From an uncultured Clostridia bacterium (GTDB lineage: Bacteria > Bacillota > Clostridia > TANB77 > CAG-508), in assembly GCA_963558405.1 (NCBI GenBank), contig CAUWGC010000002.1, positions 1 through 64,000 of the forward strand: a DNA stretch of 64,000 bases, in the 5' to 3' direction. This document shows positions 21,876 to 34,267 of this stretch, piece by piece. The stretch's first letter is position 1; each line of letters begins with the position of its first letter. The position numbers and the translations under genes were made by a program. The notes below the pieces were generated by a model. It ran no database searches and was not told the DNA's origin. It saw only the letters and a program-made list of their open reading frames with translations.

Positions 21876-23888
21876 TTATCCTGCTATTTCACTGAAATAT
21901 TCATTAATTCTATTTATTAATTCTTGTTTTGTATCTTCTATAGTCATTCCTTCTACTTGAGCTCCTGCAAGTGTTATATGACCTCCACCACCTAATTTTT
22001 CTAGTATTACTTGTACGTTTATATCACCAATTGATCTACCACTTATACAAACTTTTTCTCCTAATTTTCCAATTACAAAAGAAGCCGTAATACTATTTAT
22101 TTCTAACAATTCATCAGCTGCTTTTGCACAAATTAAATTTGCATTTTTATCTTCTTCTTCGTAAACAGATATTCCTATTTTTTCATATATAATTTCTGCT
22201 TTTGTTACGATGTCAGAAATCACTTTATAACTATCCAAATCGCTTTGGAACCATTTTTTAACACGAATAATGTCTACTCCACATTTTCTTAAATATGCTG
22301 CAGCTTCAAATGTTCTAACTCCTGTTTTAAAAGTAAAGCTTTTTGTATCTACAACAATTCCTGCATATAAAGCTTCTACTTCTAGTTCTGTTAAATTTAC
22401 TTCTGTTTCTGCATATTGTAATATTTCTGTTACTAATTCAGATGCAGAAGAAGCATATACCTCATGAAACGTTAAAATTGCTGTATCAATATAATCTGTA
22501 CTTCTTCTATGGTGATCTATAACTACTATTTGAGTAGTTTCATTTAATAATTCTGGTACATCTACATAACTTATTTTATGAGTGTCTGTAATAATTAATA
22601 AAGTTTCTGGTGAAATTTTTGAAAGTGCTTCTGCTTTATTTATAATAGTACCTGCATATTCTTCTTTTTCTTGTACTTTATCTATAAAATCCTTTATTGA
22701 TGCACCATAATTTTCTGCAACAACATATGCCTCTTTACCTAAAGTTTTAGCTAATCTACATAGTCCAAAACTTGATCCAATAGAATCCATATCTCCGTTA
22801 ATATGTCCCATTATGATAACATCTTTTGATTCTAGCATTAATTCTTCTAACGCATGTGCAACTATTCTTGCTTTTACCTTTGTTCGTTTTTCTACTTCTT
22901 GTGCTCTTCCTCCAAAGAAATAATACTTTCCGTTTTGTTTTACAATTGCTTGATCTCCTCCACGTCCTAAAGCAATATCTATTATTGCACTTGTAGATTT
23001 ATATTTTTCGTAATAGGTGCTTCCTTCATTAGAAATAGCTATACTTAATGTTGCTTGCATCTTTTCTGGAATATTAATTTCTTTTACTTGATCTAGAATG
23101 CTAAATTTACTTTCTTCAAGCATTTCCATATATTTTTCTTCTAATACATAAACAAAAGTATCACGATCTGCTTTTATAACAAGTCCTCCAGTTTGTGATG
23201 CCCAATCATAAATTTCTTTTTCAATTCTTGCAATAATTTGTGGTCTATCTTCTGTTTCAATTCTTTGCATTAGCTCCTCATAATTATCTATCATGATTAT
23301 TCCAACACAAAGTTTTTCTTCTTCGTATTTTTTCTTAAGTTCTATTTTTTCTGTTTCATCCAAAAAATATAAAGTTGTCATGTATTCTTCATTATTTTTT
23401 TTCTCTTTTGATTTTACATATTCCCCTACAATATAATAATCTTTTTCTCCAATTTTTATATGCTTTTCAACAGATTTGTTTTTTTGCTCTGGATTATTTT
23501 CAATATTTAATTTCATTTCTTTTAAAATATTATTTAAATAATTTGAAATATCAATATTTGAAAATTCTTCTACAAACTTTTTACTTTTCCAGATAATATT
23601 ACCGTCTGTTTCTACTATAATAAGTGAAAAAGGTGAATTAATTAGTGTACTTTTGGCAGCAGAATCTACAGTATAAGTTAACTCTTCTATATGTTTTGAA
23701 ATTTCTGCCTTTCTTTTGCCATTTGTCCAATATGCATACATACTAATTAATATAAAAAGGAGAATAGATGGGGTAATAAAATTAGGCTCATAAAAACATA
23801 ATGCTATTAAAAGAACTGCAATAATAAATAAATATATTTTTGTTTTTGAAACTATTGTTTGAAAAACTTTTTTACTTGTACTTGGCAT
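21876..23888 (-). CDS. gdpP: c-di-AMP phosphodiesterase GdpP (DHH/DHHA1)
   Basis: Two TM helices, degenerate GGDQ, DMDSIG, IDHHRR, GGGGH; usual gdpP-rplI-dnaB synteny. Confidence 0.92.
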   Translation of the reverse strand: MPSTSKKVFQTIVSKTKIYLFIIAVLLIALCFYEPNFITPSILLFILISMYAYWTNGKRKAEISKHIEELTYTVDSAAKSTLINSPFSLIIVETDGNIIWKSKKFVEEFSNIDISNYLNNILKEMKLNIENNPEQKNKSVEKHIKIGEKDYYIVGEYVKSKEKKNNEEYMTTLYFLDETEKIELKKKYEEEKLCVGIIMIDNYEELMQRIETEDRPQIIARIEKEIYDWASQTGGLVIKADRDTFVYVLEEKYMEMLEESKFSILDQVKEINIPEKMQATLSIAISNEGSTYYEKYKSTSAIIDIALGRGGDQAIVKQNGKYYFFGGRAQEVEKRTKVKARIVAHALEELMLESKDVIIMGHINGDMDSIGSSFGLCRLAKTLGKEAYVVAENYGASIKDFIDKVQEKEEYAGTIINKAEALSKISPETLLIITDTHKISYVDVPELLNETTQIVVIDHHRRSTDYIDTAILTFHEVYASSASELVTEILQYAETEVNLTELEVEALYAGIVVDTKSFTFKTGVRTFEAAAYLRKCGVDIIRVKKWFQSDLDSYKVISDIVTKAEIIYEKIGISVYEEEDKNANLICAKAADELLEINSITASFVIGKLGEKVCISGRSIGDINVQVILEKLGGGGHITLAGAQVEGMTIEDTKQELINRINEYFSEIAG

Positions 23889-24000
23889 ATTTTTCTCCTT
23901 TAACATAATGTATATATTTTACCGCTATATCAAGCATTTGTCAAGTTTTAGTGATTTCTTTAAGTTCTAAATTGTGTTACAATTAATAGTGTTTAAGATT

Positions 24001-24045
24001 AAAAATAAGAAGGAAAGAAATTTAACTTTCTCTCCTTCTTATTTT
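24001..24045 (-). terminator. rpoC terminator
   Basis: AAAATAAGAAGGA / TCCTTCTTATTTT inverted repeat after the stop. Confidence 0.75.
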
Positions 24046-24048
24046 ATA

Positions 24049-27000
24049 TTAACCTATAGTTGTTGTTTCTGTTTGTAATGTATCTTGTGTTTCATCTTCT
24101 TGCTTATTTTCTGTATTAATGTGTAATTCATTGTATTTTGCCATACCTGTTCCTGCTGGAATTAGTTTACCAATAATTACATTTTCTTTTAATCCAATTA
24201 GGTTATCTACTTTACCTTTAATAGCAGCTTCTGTTAATACTCTAGTTGTTTCTTGGAAAGATGCTGCTGACAAGAAGCTTTCTGTTGCTAGTGATGCTTT
24301 TGTAATACCTAATAAAGTATGTTTTCCTACAGCAGGTCTTAATCCTTGTTCTATAGCTAGCTTATTCTTATCCTCAAATTCATGTACATCTACTAAAGAA
24401 CCTGTAAACATATCTGTATCTCCATTGTCTTCAATTCTTATTTTCTTAAGCATTTGTCTACCTATTACCTCAATATGTTTGTCATTGATATCAACACCTT
24501 GATTACGATAAACTTTTTGAACTTCGGCAATAAGATAACGATATACTCCTTCTGGTCCATTTATTAATAATATTTCGTTTGGATTAATAGAACCTTCTGT
24601 AATTGGATCTCCGGCTTCTATAAAGTCTCCATCTTTTACATGTAATTTAGCTCCAAATGGAATAGTATATGTTTTTGAATTATCTTTTGATGTAACTGTA
24701 ACTTCTTTTTTCTTTTTATCATCAGAAATTTTTACTTCACCTTCAATTTCTGAAATTATTGCTAATCCTTTTGGTTTTCTTGCTTCAAATAATTCCTCAA
24801 CTCTAGGAAGACCTTGTGTAATATCTCCTCCTGCAACACCACCTTGGTGGAATGTTCTCATTGTAAGCTGAGTACCAGGCTCACCTATTGATTGTGCTGC
24901 TATAATTCCAACTGATTCTCCTATTGTTACTTCTTTATGTGTTGCAAGTCCCATTCCATAACATTTTGAACATACACCATGTTTTGTTCTACATGATAAT
25001 GGTGAACGAATTTTTAAACTTGAATATCCTACTGCTAAAATTTTCTTTGCAATAGCTTCTGTAATCATAGTATCCCTATCTACAATAATTTCTTTTGTAG
25101 TTGGATCTATAATATCTTCTGTTACATATCTTCCTATTAATCTTTCTTCAAATTTTTCTAATACTTGATTTCCATCTTTTACATCACTTACTATAATACC
25201 ATCATGTGTCCCACAATCTTCTTCTCTTACAATAATATCTTGAGCTACATCAACTAATCTTCTTGTTAAGTATCCAGAGTCTGCAGTTCTTAAAGCTGTA
25301 TCTGCTAGACCTTTTCTACCACCATGAGAAGATACGAAATATTCTAGCGCATCTAGTCCTTCACGGAAACAAGATTTAATTGGAATTTCTACTGCTTTAC
25401 CTTGTGTATTGGCCATAAGTCCACGCATACCAGCTATTTGTCTTAATTGGTTCATGTTACCTCTGGCTCCAGATTGTGCCATCATGAAAATAGGGTTCAT
25501 TTCATCAAAGTTTTCTTCCATTGCTTTACTAACATCTTTAGTTGCTTCTTCCCAAACTTTGATAACAGATTCATATCTTTCATTATTTGTAATTAAACCA
25601 CGTTTATATTTTTTAGAAATTTCTTCTACTTTTTTATCTGCTTCTTGTAATATTTCTGCTTTTTTCTCTGGTACTGCAACGTCTGAAACAGAAACAGTAA
25701 TAGCACCTTTAGTAGAATATTTAAATCCTGTTGATTTAATATAATCTAATACAACTGCTGCATCTGATAAACCATGTTTACTTATTACTTTTTCAACTAT
25801 TTTTCCTAAATTTTTCTTAATAACAGGGAAATCAATTTCTAAGTCAAACATATGCTCTGGATCGTTTCTATCTACATATCCTAAGTCTTGTGGTATTCCT
25901 TGGTTATAAATAACTCTACCTACAGTTGTTTCAATTGTTTTATGTTTTAACTCTCCATCAATTTCTTTATACATTCTAATTTTAACTTTTGCATGTAAGC
26001 CTAAATCTCCATTTTGATATGCCATTAAAGCTTCATCTGTATCTTTAAAATACATTCCTTCGCCTTTTTCTCCAGGAACTTCCATTGTTAAATAGTAGCT
26101 TCCTAAGATCATATCTTGTGTAGGAACTGTTACTGGCTTACCATCTTGTGGTTTTAATAAGTTATTAACAGAAAGCATTAAGTATCTTGCTTCTGCTTGT
26201 GCTTCTGGAGATAATGGAACGTGTACAGCCATTTGATCTCCGTCAAAGTCTGCATTAAATGCAGTACATACTAATGGATGTAGTTTAATTGCTCTACCTT
26301 CTACTAATACTGGTTCAAAAGCTTGAATACCTAATCTATGTAGTGTAGGCGCACGGTTTAACATAACTGGGTGATCATGAATAACATCTTCTAGTATATC
26401 CCATACTTCTGGTCTTAATCTTTCTACCATTCTTTTTGCATTCTTAATGTTATGTGCTATTCCTCTTCCAACTAATTCTTTCATTACAAAAGGTTTAAAT
26501 AATTCAACTGCCATTTCTTTTGGAAGTCCACATTGGTAAATTTTAAGTTCTGGTCCAACTACTATAACAGAACGTCCAGAGTAGTCAACTCTTTTTCCAA
26601 GTAAGTTTTGTCTAAATCTTCCTTGTTTTCCTTTTAACATATCAGATAAAGATTTTAAAGCTCTGTTTCCTGCTCCTGTTACAGGACGACCACGTCTTCC
26701 ATTATCAATTAAAGCATCTACAGATTCTTGTAACATTCTTTTTTCATTACGTACAATAATTTCTGGTGCTCCTAATTCTAATAATCTTTTTAAACGATTG
26801 TTACGGTTAATTACTCTACGATATAAATCATTTAAATCAGATGTTGCAAATCTACCTCCATCTAATTGTACCATTGGTCTTAATTCTGGTGGAATAACTG
26901 GAACAACACCCATTATCATCCATTCTGGTCTATTTCCAGATAATCTAAAAGATTCTACTGTATCTAATCTTTTAACTATTTTAGCTTTCTTTTGCTCACT

Positions 27001-27597
27001 TGCTTTTTCTAATTCTTTTTTTAGTTTTTCAGATAATTTTTCTAAGTCAATTTCTTCTAATAAAGTTCTTATACTTTCTGCTCCCATACCTGCTTTAAAA
27101 GAACCTTTACCATATTTTTCTATAGCTTCATGATATTCTTTTTCTGTAAGTACTTGAGCTTTCATTAATCCTGATGTTCCTTTATCTGTAACAATATATG
27201 ATGCAAAATATACAACTTTTTCAAGACTTCTTGGTGAAACATCTAACATAAGAGCAATTCTACTTGGAATTCCTTTAAAATACCAAATATGTGCTACTGG
27301 TGCAGCAAGTTCTATATGTCCCATTCTTTCTCTTCTTACCTTTGCTTTTGTAACTTCTACACCACATCTATCACAAACGATACCTTTATATCTTACTCTT
27401 TTATATTTTCCACAATGACATTCCCAATCTTTTGTTGGTCCAAATATTCTTTCACAAAATAAACCATCTTTTTCTGGTTTTAATGTTCTATAATTAATGG
27501 TCTCTGGTTTTTTTACTTCTCCTTTTGACCATTCTCTTATTTTTTCATCAGACGCTAATCCTATTTTAATTTTATCAAATATCTCTAATTCTTCCAC
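24049..27597 (-). CDS. rpoC: RNA polymerase beta' subunit
   Basis: NADFDGDQM catalytic motif, Zn-binding CHCGKY/CDRCG; GTG start. Confidence 0.99.
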   Translation of the reverse strand: MEELEIFDKIKIGLASDEKIREWSKGEVKKPETINYRTLKPEKDGLFCERIFGPTKDWECHCGKYKRVRYKGIVCDRCGVEVTKAKVRRERMGHIELAAPVAHIWYFKGIPSRIALMLDVSPRSLEKVVYFASYIVTDKGTSGLMKAQVLTEKEYHEAIEKYGKGSFKAGMGAESIRTLLEEIDLEKLSEKLKKELEKASEQKKAKIVKRLDTVESFRLSGNRPEWMIMGVVPVIPPELRPMVQLDGGRFATSDLNDLYRRVINRNNRLKRLLELGAPEIIVRNEKRMLQESVDALIDNGRRGRPVTGAGNRALKSLSDMLKGKQGRFRQNLLGKRVDYSGRSVIVVGPELKIYQCGLPKEMAVELFKPFVMKELVGRGIAHNIKNAKRMVERLRPEVWDILEDVIHDHPVMLNRAPTLHRLGIQAFEPVLVEGRAIKLHPLVCTAFNADFDGDQMAVHVPLSPEAQAEARYLMLSVNNLLKPQDGKPVTVPTQDMILGSYYLTMEVPGEKGEGMYFKDTDEALMAYQNGDLGLHAKVKIRMYKEIDGELKHKTIETTVGRVIYNQGIPQDLGYVDRNDPEHMFDLEIDFPVIKKNLGKIVEKVISKHGLSDAAVVLDYIKSTGFKYSTKGAITVSVSDVAVPEKKAEILQEADKKVEEISKKYKRGLITNNERYESVIKVWEEATKDVSKAMEENFDEMNPIFMMAQSGARGNMNQLRQIAGMRGLMANTQGKAVEIPIKSCFREGLDALEYFVSSHGGRKGLADTALRTADSGYLTRRLVDVAQDIIVREEDCGTHDGIIVSDVKDGNQVLEKFEERLIGRYVTEDIIDPTTKEIIVDRDTMITEAIAKKILAVGYSSLKIRSPLSCRTKHGVCSKCYGMGLATHKEVTIGESVGIIAAQSIGEPGTQLTMRTFHQGGVAGGDITQGLPRVEELFEARKPKGLAIISEIEGEVKISDDKKKKEVTVTSKDNSKTYTIPFGAKLHVKDGDFIEAGDPITEGSINPNEILLINGPEGVYRYLIAEVQKVYRNQGVDINDKHIEVIGRQMLKKIRIEDNGDTDMFTGSLVDVHEFEDKNKLAIEQGLRPAVGKHTLLGITKASLATESFLSAASFQETTRVLTEAAIKGKVDNLIGLKENVIIGKLIPAGTGMAKYNELHINTENKQEDETQDTLQTETTTIG

Positions 27598-27640
27598 TAT
27601 TAAAATAGCCCCCCATTTTTTTATTTTACTATTTGTTTGT

Positions 27641-27699
27641 TGTTATCCTATTTAAAATACACCGCTGTACAATTTTTATGATTTTTAAATAGGATAACA
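27641..27699. repeat. 17-bp perfect inverted repeat in the rpoB-rpoC spacer
   Basis: TGTTATCCTATTTAAAA (27641-27657) / TTTTAAATAGGATAACA (27683-27699). Confidence 0.85.
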
Positions 27700-27733
27700 T
27701 CTGGTAAATAACTCCTAGACTATTTAATTATTT

Positions 27734-30700
27734 TTATTCTTCTATGATATCATTATCATTTAAAAGATTATCTTCTCCAAGGTCGGTATCCTCTAACATA
27801 ATTTCATCAGCATCATCTACTAAGTCTTCAAAAAGGCTATCGTCCTCTTCTTCTGTATCTTCTATATAACCGTCTTCCAATTCGTCTGGCAAAATAACAT
27901 CTTCTTCTTGGAATTTTTTATCCATTTCTGGATTATATTCAATTCCGTCTTCTATATGTTCTTTTAGTTCTAGCTCTTTATCATCTTTTGAATATAGTCT
28001 TACATCTAATCCTAAAGATTGTAACTCTTTTATTAATACTTTAAAGCTTTCTGGAACTCCTGGTTTTGGTACATTTTCACCTTTTACAATAGATTCATAT
28101 GTTTTAACACGTCCTACTACATCGTCTGATTTTACAGTTAATATTTCTTGTAAAGTATAAGCTGCACCATATGCTTCTAATGCCCAAACTTCCATCTCTC
28201 CAAATCTTTGTCCACCAAATTGAGCTTTACCTCCAAGTGGTTGTTGTGTAACTAAAGAATATGGTCCTGTAGAACGAGCATGAATTTTGTCATCTACTAA
28301 GTGGTGTAATTTTAACATATACATAACACCAACAGTAATTGGCTTATCAAAAGGTTCTCCTGTTCTTCCATCATATAAAGTAGTTTTTCCATCTCTAGAA
28401 AGTCCTGCTTGTTCTAGTACATCTTCTATGTCTTTTCCAGAAGCGCCATCAAATACTGGTGTTGCTACCTTCCATCCTAATGCTCTTGCCGCTGCTCCTA
28501 AATGAACTTCAAGCACCTGTCCTAAGTTCATACGAGAAGGAACACCTAATGGATTAAGTACAATATCTACTGGTGTACCATCTGGTAAGAAAGGCATATC
28601 TTCTTCTGGTAATATTCTAGATACAACACCTTTATTTCCATGACGTCCAGCCATTTTATCTCCAACTGATATTTTTCTTTTTTGAGCAATATAGCAACGT
28701 ATTACTTGATTAACTCCAGGTCCTAATTCGTCTGAATTTTCTCTATCAAATACTTTAATATCTACAATAGTTCCAGCTTCTCCATGTGGTACACGAAGTG
28801 AAGTATCTCTTACTTCTCTAGCTTTTTCTCCAAATATAGCACGCAATAATCTTTCTTCTGCTGTAAGTTCTGTTTCTCCTTTTGGAGTAACTTTACCTAC
28901 TAATATATCTCCTGGTCTTACTTCTGCACCAATACGGATAATTCCATTTTCATCTAAGTCTTTTAATCCGTCATCACCAACATTTGGAATATCTCTTGTA
29001 ATTTCTTCTGGTCCTAGTTTTGTATCACGACATTCACAATCGTATTCTTCTATATGTATAGATGTATAAACATCTTCTTTAACTAATTTTTCACTAATTA
29101 AAACAGCATCCTCGTAGTTGTATCCTTCCCAAGTTGCAAATGCAATAAGTACGTTTTTACCAAGAGCCATTTCACCATTTTGTGTAGAAGGTCCGTCTGC
29201 AATAACATCTCCTGCTTTAACTTTTTCTCCTTTTACAACAATTGGTCTTTGATTTATACAAGTACCACCATTAGTTCTCTTAAATTTACGTAATTTATGT
29301 GTTTTTGTTTCTCCGTTTTTATATTTAACAACAATTTCATTTCCGGTTACTTTTTGAATAACTCCATCATCTTCTGCTAATACCATAATTCCAGAATCTT
29401 TTGCTGCTCTATATTCAATTCCTGTTCCTACTATTGGAGAATCAGGAATTAAAAGTGGAACTCCTTGACGTTGCATGTTTGCACCCATTAAAGCACGGTG
29501 TGCGTCATCATGCTCTAAGAAAGGTATCATTGCTGCAGCAACAGATACTAATTGTTTTGGTGATACATCAACATAATCTACTTTATCTGGTGTAACCTCA
29601 GCAATATCATCTAATATTCTTACTTTTATTTTTTTATTAATGAAGTTTCCATTTTTGTCTAGTGGTTCAGAAGCTTGAGCAATTATATATTTATCTTCTA
29701 TATCTGCTGACATGTATTCTACAATGTCTGTTACTCTTCCTGTTTTCTTATCTACTTTACGGTATGGTGTTTCTACAAATCCATATTCGTTAATTATAGA
29801 GAATGATGAAAGTGCAGAAATAAGTCCTATGTTTGGACCTTCTGGTGATTCTATTGGACATAGTCTACCATAGTGAGTATAATGAACGTCTCTTACTTCA
29901 AATCCAGCTCTTTCACGAGATAATCCTCCTGGTCCTAATGCTGATACTCTTCTTTTATGTGTTAATTCTGATAGTGGGTTTGTTTGGTCCATAAATTGAG
30001 ATAATTGTGAACTTCCAAAGAACTCACGAATAGATGAAGTAATTGGTTTTGTATTGATTAATGTTTGTGGTGTTACAACATCTAAATCTTGAATTGTCAT
30101 TCTTTCACGAACAACTCTTTCTAATCTTGTTAAACCAATTCTAAATTGATTTTGCAATAGTTCTCCTACACAACGTATACGTCTGTTTCCTAAATGGTCA
30201 ATATCATCTACGTGTCCTAATCCATGGTCCAAGTTTAGTAAATAGCTAACTGATGCTATAATATCTTCTGTTGTAATGTGTTTTGGTACTAATTCTTCAA
30301 TTCTCTCTTGGCAAACTTTTACTAAATCTTTTTCCTCTGTTGTATCTACAATACTTTTTAATACTGCAAAATTTACATTTTCTTTTATATGTAATGTACT
30401 TAAATCAATCTCAGATAAATATTTATAAATGTTTACTGTTCCATTTCCAATAATTCTTACTTTTTTATCATTTACTTTTACATCTACTATGTTTATTCCT
30501 GAATTTTGGATTTCTTCTGCAATTTCTTCTGTAATTGGACTATCTTTTTCTACTAGTACTTCTCCTGTTTCTGGATTTACAATAGTATCAAATGCAATTT
30601 GATTTGTAATTCTTGTTGCTAAAGATAGTTTTTGGTTAAATTTATATCTTCCTACTTTTGCTAAATCATAACGACGATTATCAAATAGAAGTCCATTAAA

Positions 30701-31459
30701 TAAATTTCTTGCAGCTTCAACTGTTGGAAGTTCTCCTGGTCTTAATTTTTTATAAATTTCAATTAAAGCCTCATCTTGTGATTTTATTGTATCTTTTTCG
30801 ATTGTTGCTTTTAATTTTTCTTCATCTCCAAATACTTCTAAAATTTGCTCATCTGTGATAATTCCTATAGCTCTTAATAATGAAGTAACTGGAAGTTTTC
30901 TTGTTCTATCTACTCTTACATAAAAAACATCATTACTATCTGTTTCGTATTCAAGCCAAGCACCACGTATTGGCATTACTGTAGAAGTATATATACGTTT
31001 TCCTGTTTTATCAAAATCTGTTGCATAATAGCAACCTGGTGAACGTACTAATTGGCTTACTACAACTCTTTCTGCTCCATTAATAACAAATGTTCCGCTA
31101 TCTGTCATTATTGGGAAATCTCCTAAATAGATTTCTTGTTCTTTAATTTCTCCTGTCTCACGATTGATAAGCCTTACTTTAACATGCAATCTAGTAGAAT
31201 AAGTTGCATCTCTTTCTTTTGCTTCTTCTAGAGAATATTTTGTTTCTTTTTCCATATAGTAGTCTAAAAACTCTAGTACTAGGTTTCCAGAATAGTCTAC
31301 AATTGGAGAAATATCTCTTAAAACTTCTCCTAATCCCTCTTCTACAAACCAGTCATAAGAATCCTTTTGTACTTTAATTAAATTTGGCATTTCTATAGAA
31401 TCACCAATTCTTGCAAAGCTCTTACGTGTACATTTTTCATGTTTAATGTCTGTAATCAA
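27734..31459 (-). CDS. rpoB: RNA polymerase beta subunit
   Basis: [31 protein letters not shown]; TTG start. Confidence 0.99.
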   Translation of the reverse strand: MITDIKHEKCTRKSFARIGDSIEMPNLIKVQKDSYDWFVEEGLGEVLRDISPIVDYSGNLVLEFLDYYMEKETKYSLEEAKERDATYSTRLHVKVRLINRETGEIKEQEIYLGDFPIMTDSGTFVINGAERVVVSQLVRSPGCYYATDFDKTGKRIYTSTVMPIRGAWLEYETDSNDVFYVRVDRTRKLPVTSLLRAIGIITDEQILEVFGDEEKLKATIEKDTIKSQDEALIEIYKKLRPGELPTVEAARNLFNGLLFDNRRYDLAKVGRYKFNQKLSLATRITNQIAFDTIVNPETGEVLVEKDSPITEEIAEEIQNSGINIVDVKVNDKKVRIIGNGTVNIYKYLSEIDLSTLHIKENVNFAVLKSIVDTTEEKDLVKVCQERIEELVPKHITTEDIIASVSYLLNLDHGLGHVDDIDHLGNRRIRCVGELLQNQFRIGLTRLERVVRERMTIQDLDVVTPQTLINTKPITSSIREFFGSSQLSQFMDQTNPLSELTHKRRVSALGPGGLSRERAGFEVRDVHYTHYGRLCPIESPEGPNIGLISALSSFSIINEYGFVETPYRKVDKKTGRVTDIVEYMSADIEDKYIIAQASEPLDKNGNFINKKIKVRILDDIAEVTPDKVDYVDVSPKQLVSVAAAMIPFLEHDDAHRALMGANMQRQGVPLLIPDSPIVGTGIEYRAAKDSGIMVLAEDDGVIQKVTGNEIVVKYKNGETKTHKLRKFKRTNGGTCINQRPIVVKGEKVKAGDVIADGPSTQNGEMALGKNVLIAFATWEGYNYEDAVLISEKLVKEDVYTSIHIEEYDCECRDTKLGPEEITRDIPNVGDDGLKDLDENGIIRIGAEVRPGDILVGKVTPKGETELTAEERLLRAIFGEKAREVRDTSLRVPHGEAGTIVDIKVFDRENSDELGPGVNQVIRCYIAQKRKISVGDKMAGRHGNKGVVSRILPEEDMPFLPDGTPVDIVLNPLGVPSRMNLGQVLEVHLGAAARALGWKVATPVFDGASGKDIEDVLEQAGLSRDGKTTLYDGRTGEPFDKPITVGVMYMLKLHHLVDDKIHARSTGPYSLVTQQPLGGKAQFGGQRFGEMEVWALEAYGAAYTLQEILTVKSDDVVGRVKTYESIVKGENVPKPGVPESFKVLIKELQSLGLDVRLYSKDDKELELKEHIEDGIEYNPEMDKKFQEEDVILPDELEDGYIEDTEEEDDSLFEDLVDDADEIMLEDTDLGEDNLLNDNDIIEE

Positions 31460-31925
31460 CTTTAAACCACCCCTACAAAAAATTTTAAAGCAGATTTTTA
31501 GAATTTCTTTTTACTTTATCTGTTGATTATTTTATAGAAAAAAAGTCCCTCTTATTTTCTATTTTATAAAAAAGAAAGCCGTACTGCTTTTCTTCGTCTT
31601 TTCCCTTTTATAAAATAGGAATAATTCCTCTTTTTTTCTATATTAGAATAAATTGAAATTAGACGCCAAAAAAGTGCTGGCAACTTTTTATTTTTTTTGC
31701 CAACTACTTAATATGCTGTTTACTTATTTAGATATAAATTTAATACTAAAATAATCTTAATCACCCTTGTTTCTATATGTTTAAGATTAAATGATGTAAT
31801 AGTTTTAGATAAAATCCCCATCTTATTACAATACTGTAATAAGAATACCATTTTAAATAGGACTTGTCAATACATTTTGTAAAAAAAACATGTAGAAAAA
31901 ACAACATTTTCTACATGTTTTTATC

Positions 31926-32255
31926 TTATCCTATTTTATTAAAGTATTCAATCAAATACATTATAGTTTTTTTATGTTCTTCATTTAATTTTTTAAATCC
32001 AATAATAGAAAAGTCTTCTTCTTTTTTTCCTTTAATTGATAAATACTCACTAAAAATATTATCTAATCCTATTTCAAATAGATTACAAATTTTAATTAGT
32101 ACTTCATATGAAGGCTTTGAACGGTTTTGTTCTATGTCACTTATATACCTTGGAGAACATTCTATTTTTTCTGCCAATTGTTCTTGTGTATATCCATGAC
32201 TTTTTCGAATTTGTTGTAATTTTTTTCCAATATTAATTACATTTGCTTTTCTCAT
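31926..32255 (-). CDS. XRE-family HTH regulator
   Basis: IGKKLQQIRKSHGYTQEQLAEKI..ISDIEQNRSKPS. Confidence 0.88.
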   Translation of the reverse strand: MRKANVINIGKKLQQIRKSHGYTQEQLAEKIECSPRYISDIEQNRSKPSYEVLIKICNLFEIGLDNIFSEYLSIKGKKEEDFSIIGFKKLNEEHKKTIMYLIEYFNKIG

Positions 32256-32348
32256 TTTTTATCCCCTTTTTCTCTTCATTTGTTTTATCATATCAAAGTT
32301 TTCATTTTCTATAAATGTATTATTATCCTATATTGTGTGTATTTATTT

Positions 32349-32492
32349 CTATTTTTTATTATCTAAATATTCCTCTAATAAAAAATTTAATTCTTCCCTT
32401 GTTTTTTCTATCTTTTCTTTTTCTTCTTTATTCTGTATTTGTTCTTTTAGAAAGTTTATCTTTTGTTCAATTTTCTTTTTTAACTCTTCCAC
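32349..32492 (-). CDS. 47-aa small protein, possibly Spo0E-like helical hairpin (not in the ORF track)
   Basis: AGGAG RBS 6 nt before GTG; translates MEELKKKIEQKINFLKEQIQNKEEKEKIEKTREELNFLLEEYLDNKK. Confidence 0.55.
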   Translation of the reverse strand: MEELKKKIEQKINFLKEQIQNKEEKEKIEKTREELNFLLEEYLDNKK

Positions 32493-32606
32493 TTTTTACT
32501 CCTAAATTTTATTTTTACTTAATATTCCCCCTTTTTTTATATTTTATACAAAAATAACAGCCAGAATATTTTAGTTCTAGCTGTTATTTTTAATTTTTGT
32601 GTTTTT

Positions 32607-33722
32607 CTACATTTTTATTAATTCATATTCATCTGTTCCTATTCCTATTTTCTTTCCATGTTCTATCATAACTTTCCAGTTTGTTTCTGGATGTGCATTA
32701 CAAAAATGATCGTTCAAATCATTATGTTTTTTTAATTCTTCTCCTACTAAACTATTAGAAAAAGCTTGTTCATTGTTAACAAGATCTGCACATGCTTTAT
32801 CTAATGCTACTGGATCAAAAGAAGCTGCTATTCCTATATTAGGTACAATTGCTCTATCATTTTCACCATGACAATCACAATTTGGTGATATATCCATCAT
32901 AAAATTTATATGAAAATTCGGTTTATCTTTTATTACTGCTAAAGTATATTCTGCTATTTTTTTGTTTAAAATATCATTAGATTCATCATTTGGTGTTTTT
33001 ATAGCATCAAAATTACATACTCCTATGCATCTTCCACATCCAACACATTTACTATGGTCAATCTTAGCTTTTCCATTTTCATTATATGAAATAGCCCCAT
33101 GTGCACATTGTTTAAAACACATTTTACAACCTACACAATGCTCTTCTACTACATGTGGTTTTCCACTATTATGCATTTCCATCTTTCCTGCTCGTGAACC
33201 ACAACCCATTCCTAAATTTTTAAGTGCTCCTCCAAAGCCTGTCATTTCATGCCCTTTAAAATGGTTTAATGAAATAATAATGTCAGCATCTACAATTGCT
33301 GTACCTATTTTTGCTGATTTTACATATTCTCCTTCTATTGGAATTTCTTTTTCGTCCGTTCCTTTTAGTCCATCTGCAATAATTATTTGACAACCTGTAC
33401 TATAAGGTGTAAATCCATTTTCATATGCAGCTTCTATATGGTCTAAGGCATTCTTTCTTCTACCTACATATAAAGTATTACAATCCGTTAAAAAAGGTTT
33501 TCCTCCTAGTTCTTTTATAAGTTCTACAATTGCTTTTGCATAGTTTGGTCTTAGATATGATAAATTACCTGGCTCTCCAAAATGAATTTTAATAGCAACA
33601 AATTTATTTTTAAAGTCTATATCTTCGATACCTGCTTTTTTTGCTAGCATTTTTAATTTTTGAAGTAAGTTTAATCCCGGTCTTGCTTTTAAATCTGTAA
33701 AATATACTTTAGATTTTTCCAT
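32607..33722 (-). CDS. DUF362-family Fe-S protein with 2x[4Fe-4S] ferredoxin domain
   Basis: KIHFGEPGN, HFKGH, CVGCKMC..C and CVGCGRC..C, CDC. Confidence 0.88.
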   Translation of the reverse strand: MEKSKVYFTDLKARPGLNLLQKLKMLAKKAGIEDIDFKNKFVAIKIHFGEPGNLSYLRPNYAKAIVELIKELGGKPFLTDCNTLYVGRRKNALDHIEAAYENGFTPYSTGCQIIIADGLKGTDEKEIPIEGEYVKSAKIGTAIVDADIIISLNHFKGHEMTGFGGALKNLGMGCGSRAGKMEMHNSGKPHVVEEHCVGCKMCFKQCAHGAISYNENGKAKIDHSKCVGCGRCIGVCNFDAIKTPNDESNDILNKKIAEYTLAVIKDKPNFHINFMMDISPNCDCHGENDRAIVPNIGIAASFDPVALDKACADLVNNEQAFSNSLVGEELKKHNDLNDHFCNAHPETNWKVMIEHGKKIGIGTDEYELIKM

Positions 33723-33758
33723 TTATATACCTCCATTTTTTTATTATATTATTTATTT

Positions 33759-34256
33759 TTATTGTAAGTATTTACTGTTTTGCTCTAATGCATCAAAATT
33801 TACATGTCTTAATACTTCATATACAACAATTGCAACAGAATTAGATAAATTAAGAGAACGTAATGTAGGTCTCATTGGTATTCTTATAGTTTTATCTATG
33901 TATTTTTTTAATACATCCTCTGGTAATCCTTTTGTTTCTTTTCCAAATAGTAAAAAAACTTCTTCATCTTGTTCATAAGATACATCTGTATAACAATTAG
34001 GTGATTTTGTTGTAACAAAATACATTGCATGTTCTTCTGGTTTATATTTTTCTAAAAAATCTGAGAATGATTCATGCTCTTCTATTTCTAATTTATCCCA
34101 ATAATCTAGTCCTGCTCTTTTTAAAGTTTTATCATTAATTTCAAATCCTAAGGGTTTTACTAAATGTAATTTAGCTCCTGTTGCAGCACAAGTTCTTGCA
34201 ATATTTCCAGTATTTTGTGGTATTTCTGGTTCAACCATTACTATGTTTATTTTCAT
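33759..34256 (-). CDS. trmL: tRNA (cytidine/uridine-2'-O)-methyltransferase TrmL
   Basis: EPEIPQNTGNIARTC, RAGLDYW, FGKETKGLP, RSLNLS. Confidence 0.93.
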   Translation of the reverse strand: MKINIVMVEPEIPQNTGNIARTCAATGAKLHLVKPLGFEINDKTLKRAGLDYWDKLEIEEHESFSDFLEKYKPEEHAMYFVTTKSPNCYTDVSYEQDEEVFLLFGKETKGLPEDVLKKYIDKTIRIPMRPTLRSLNLSNSVAIVVYEVLRHVNFDALEQNSKYLQ

Positions 34257-34267
34257 ATTTTTTCTCC

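Noticed and set aside
27734-27960. Long acidic C-terminal tail of RpoB
   Set aside because: Common in clostridial RpoB proteins.
32315-32557. 80-aa hydrophobic plus-strand ORF
   Set aside because: It is the antisense of the purine-rich minus-strand 47-aa ORF, which has a proper RBS.
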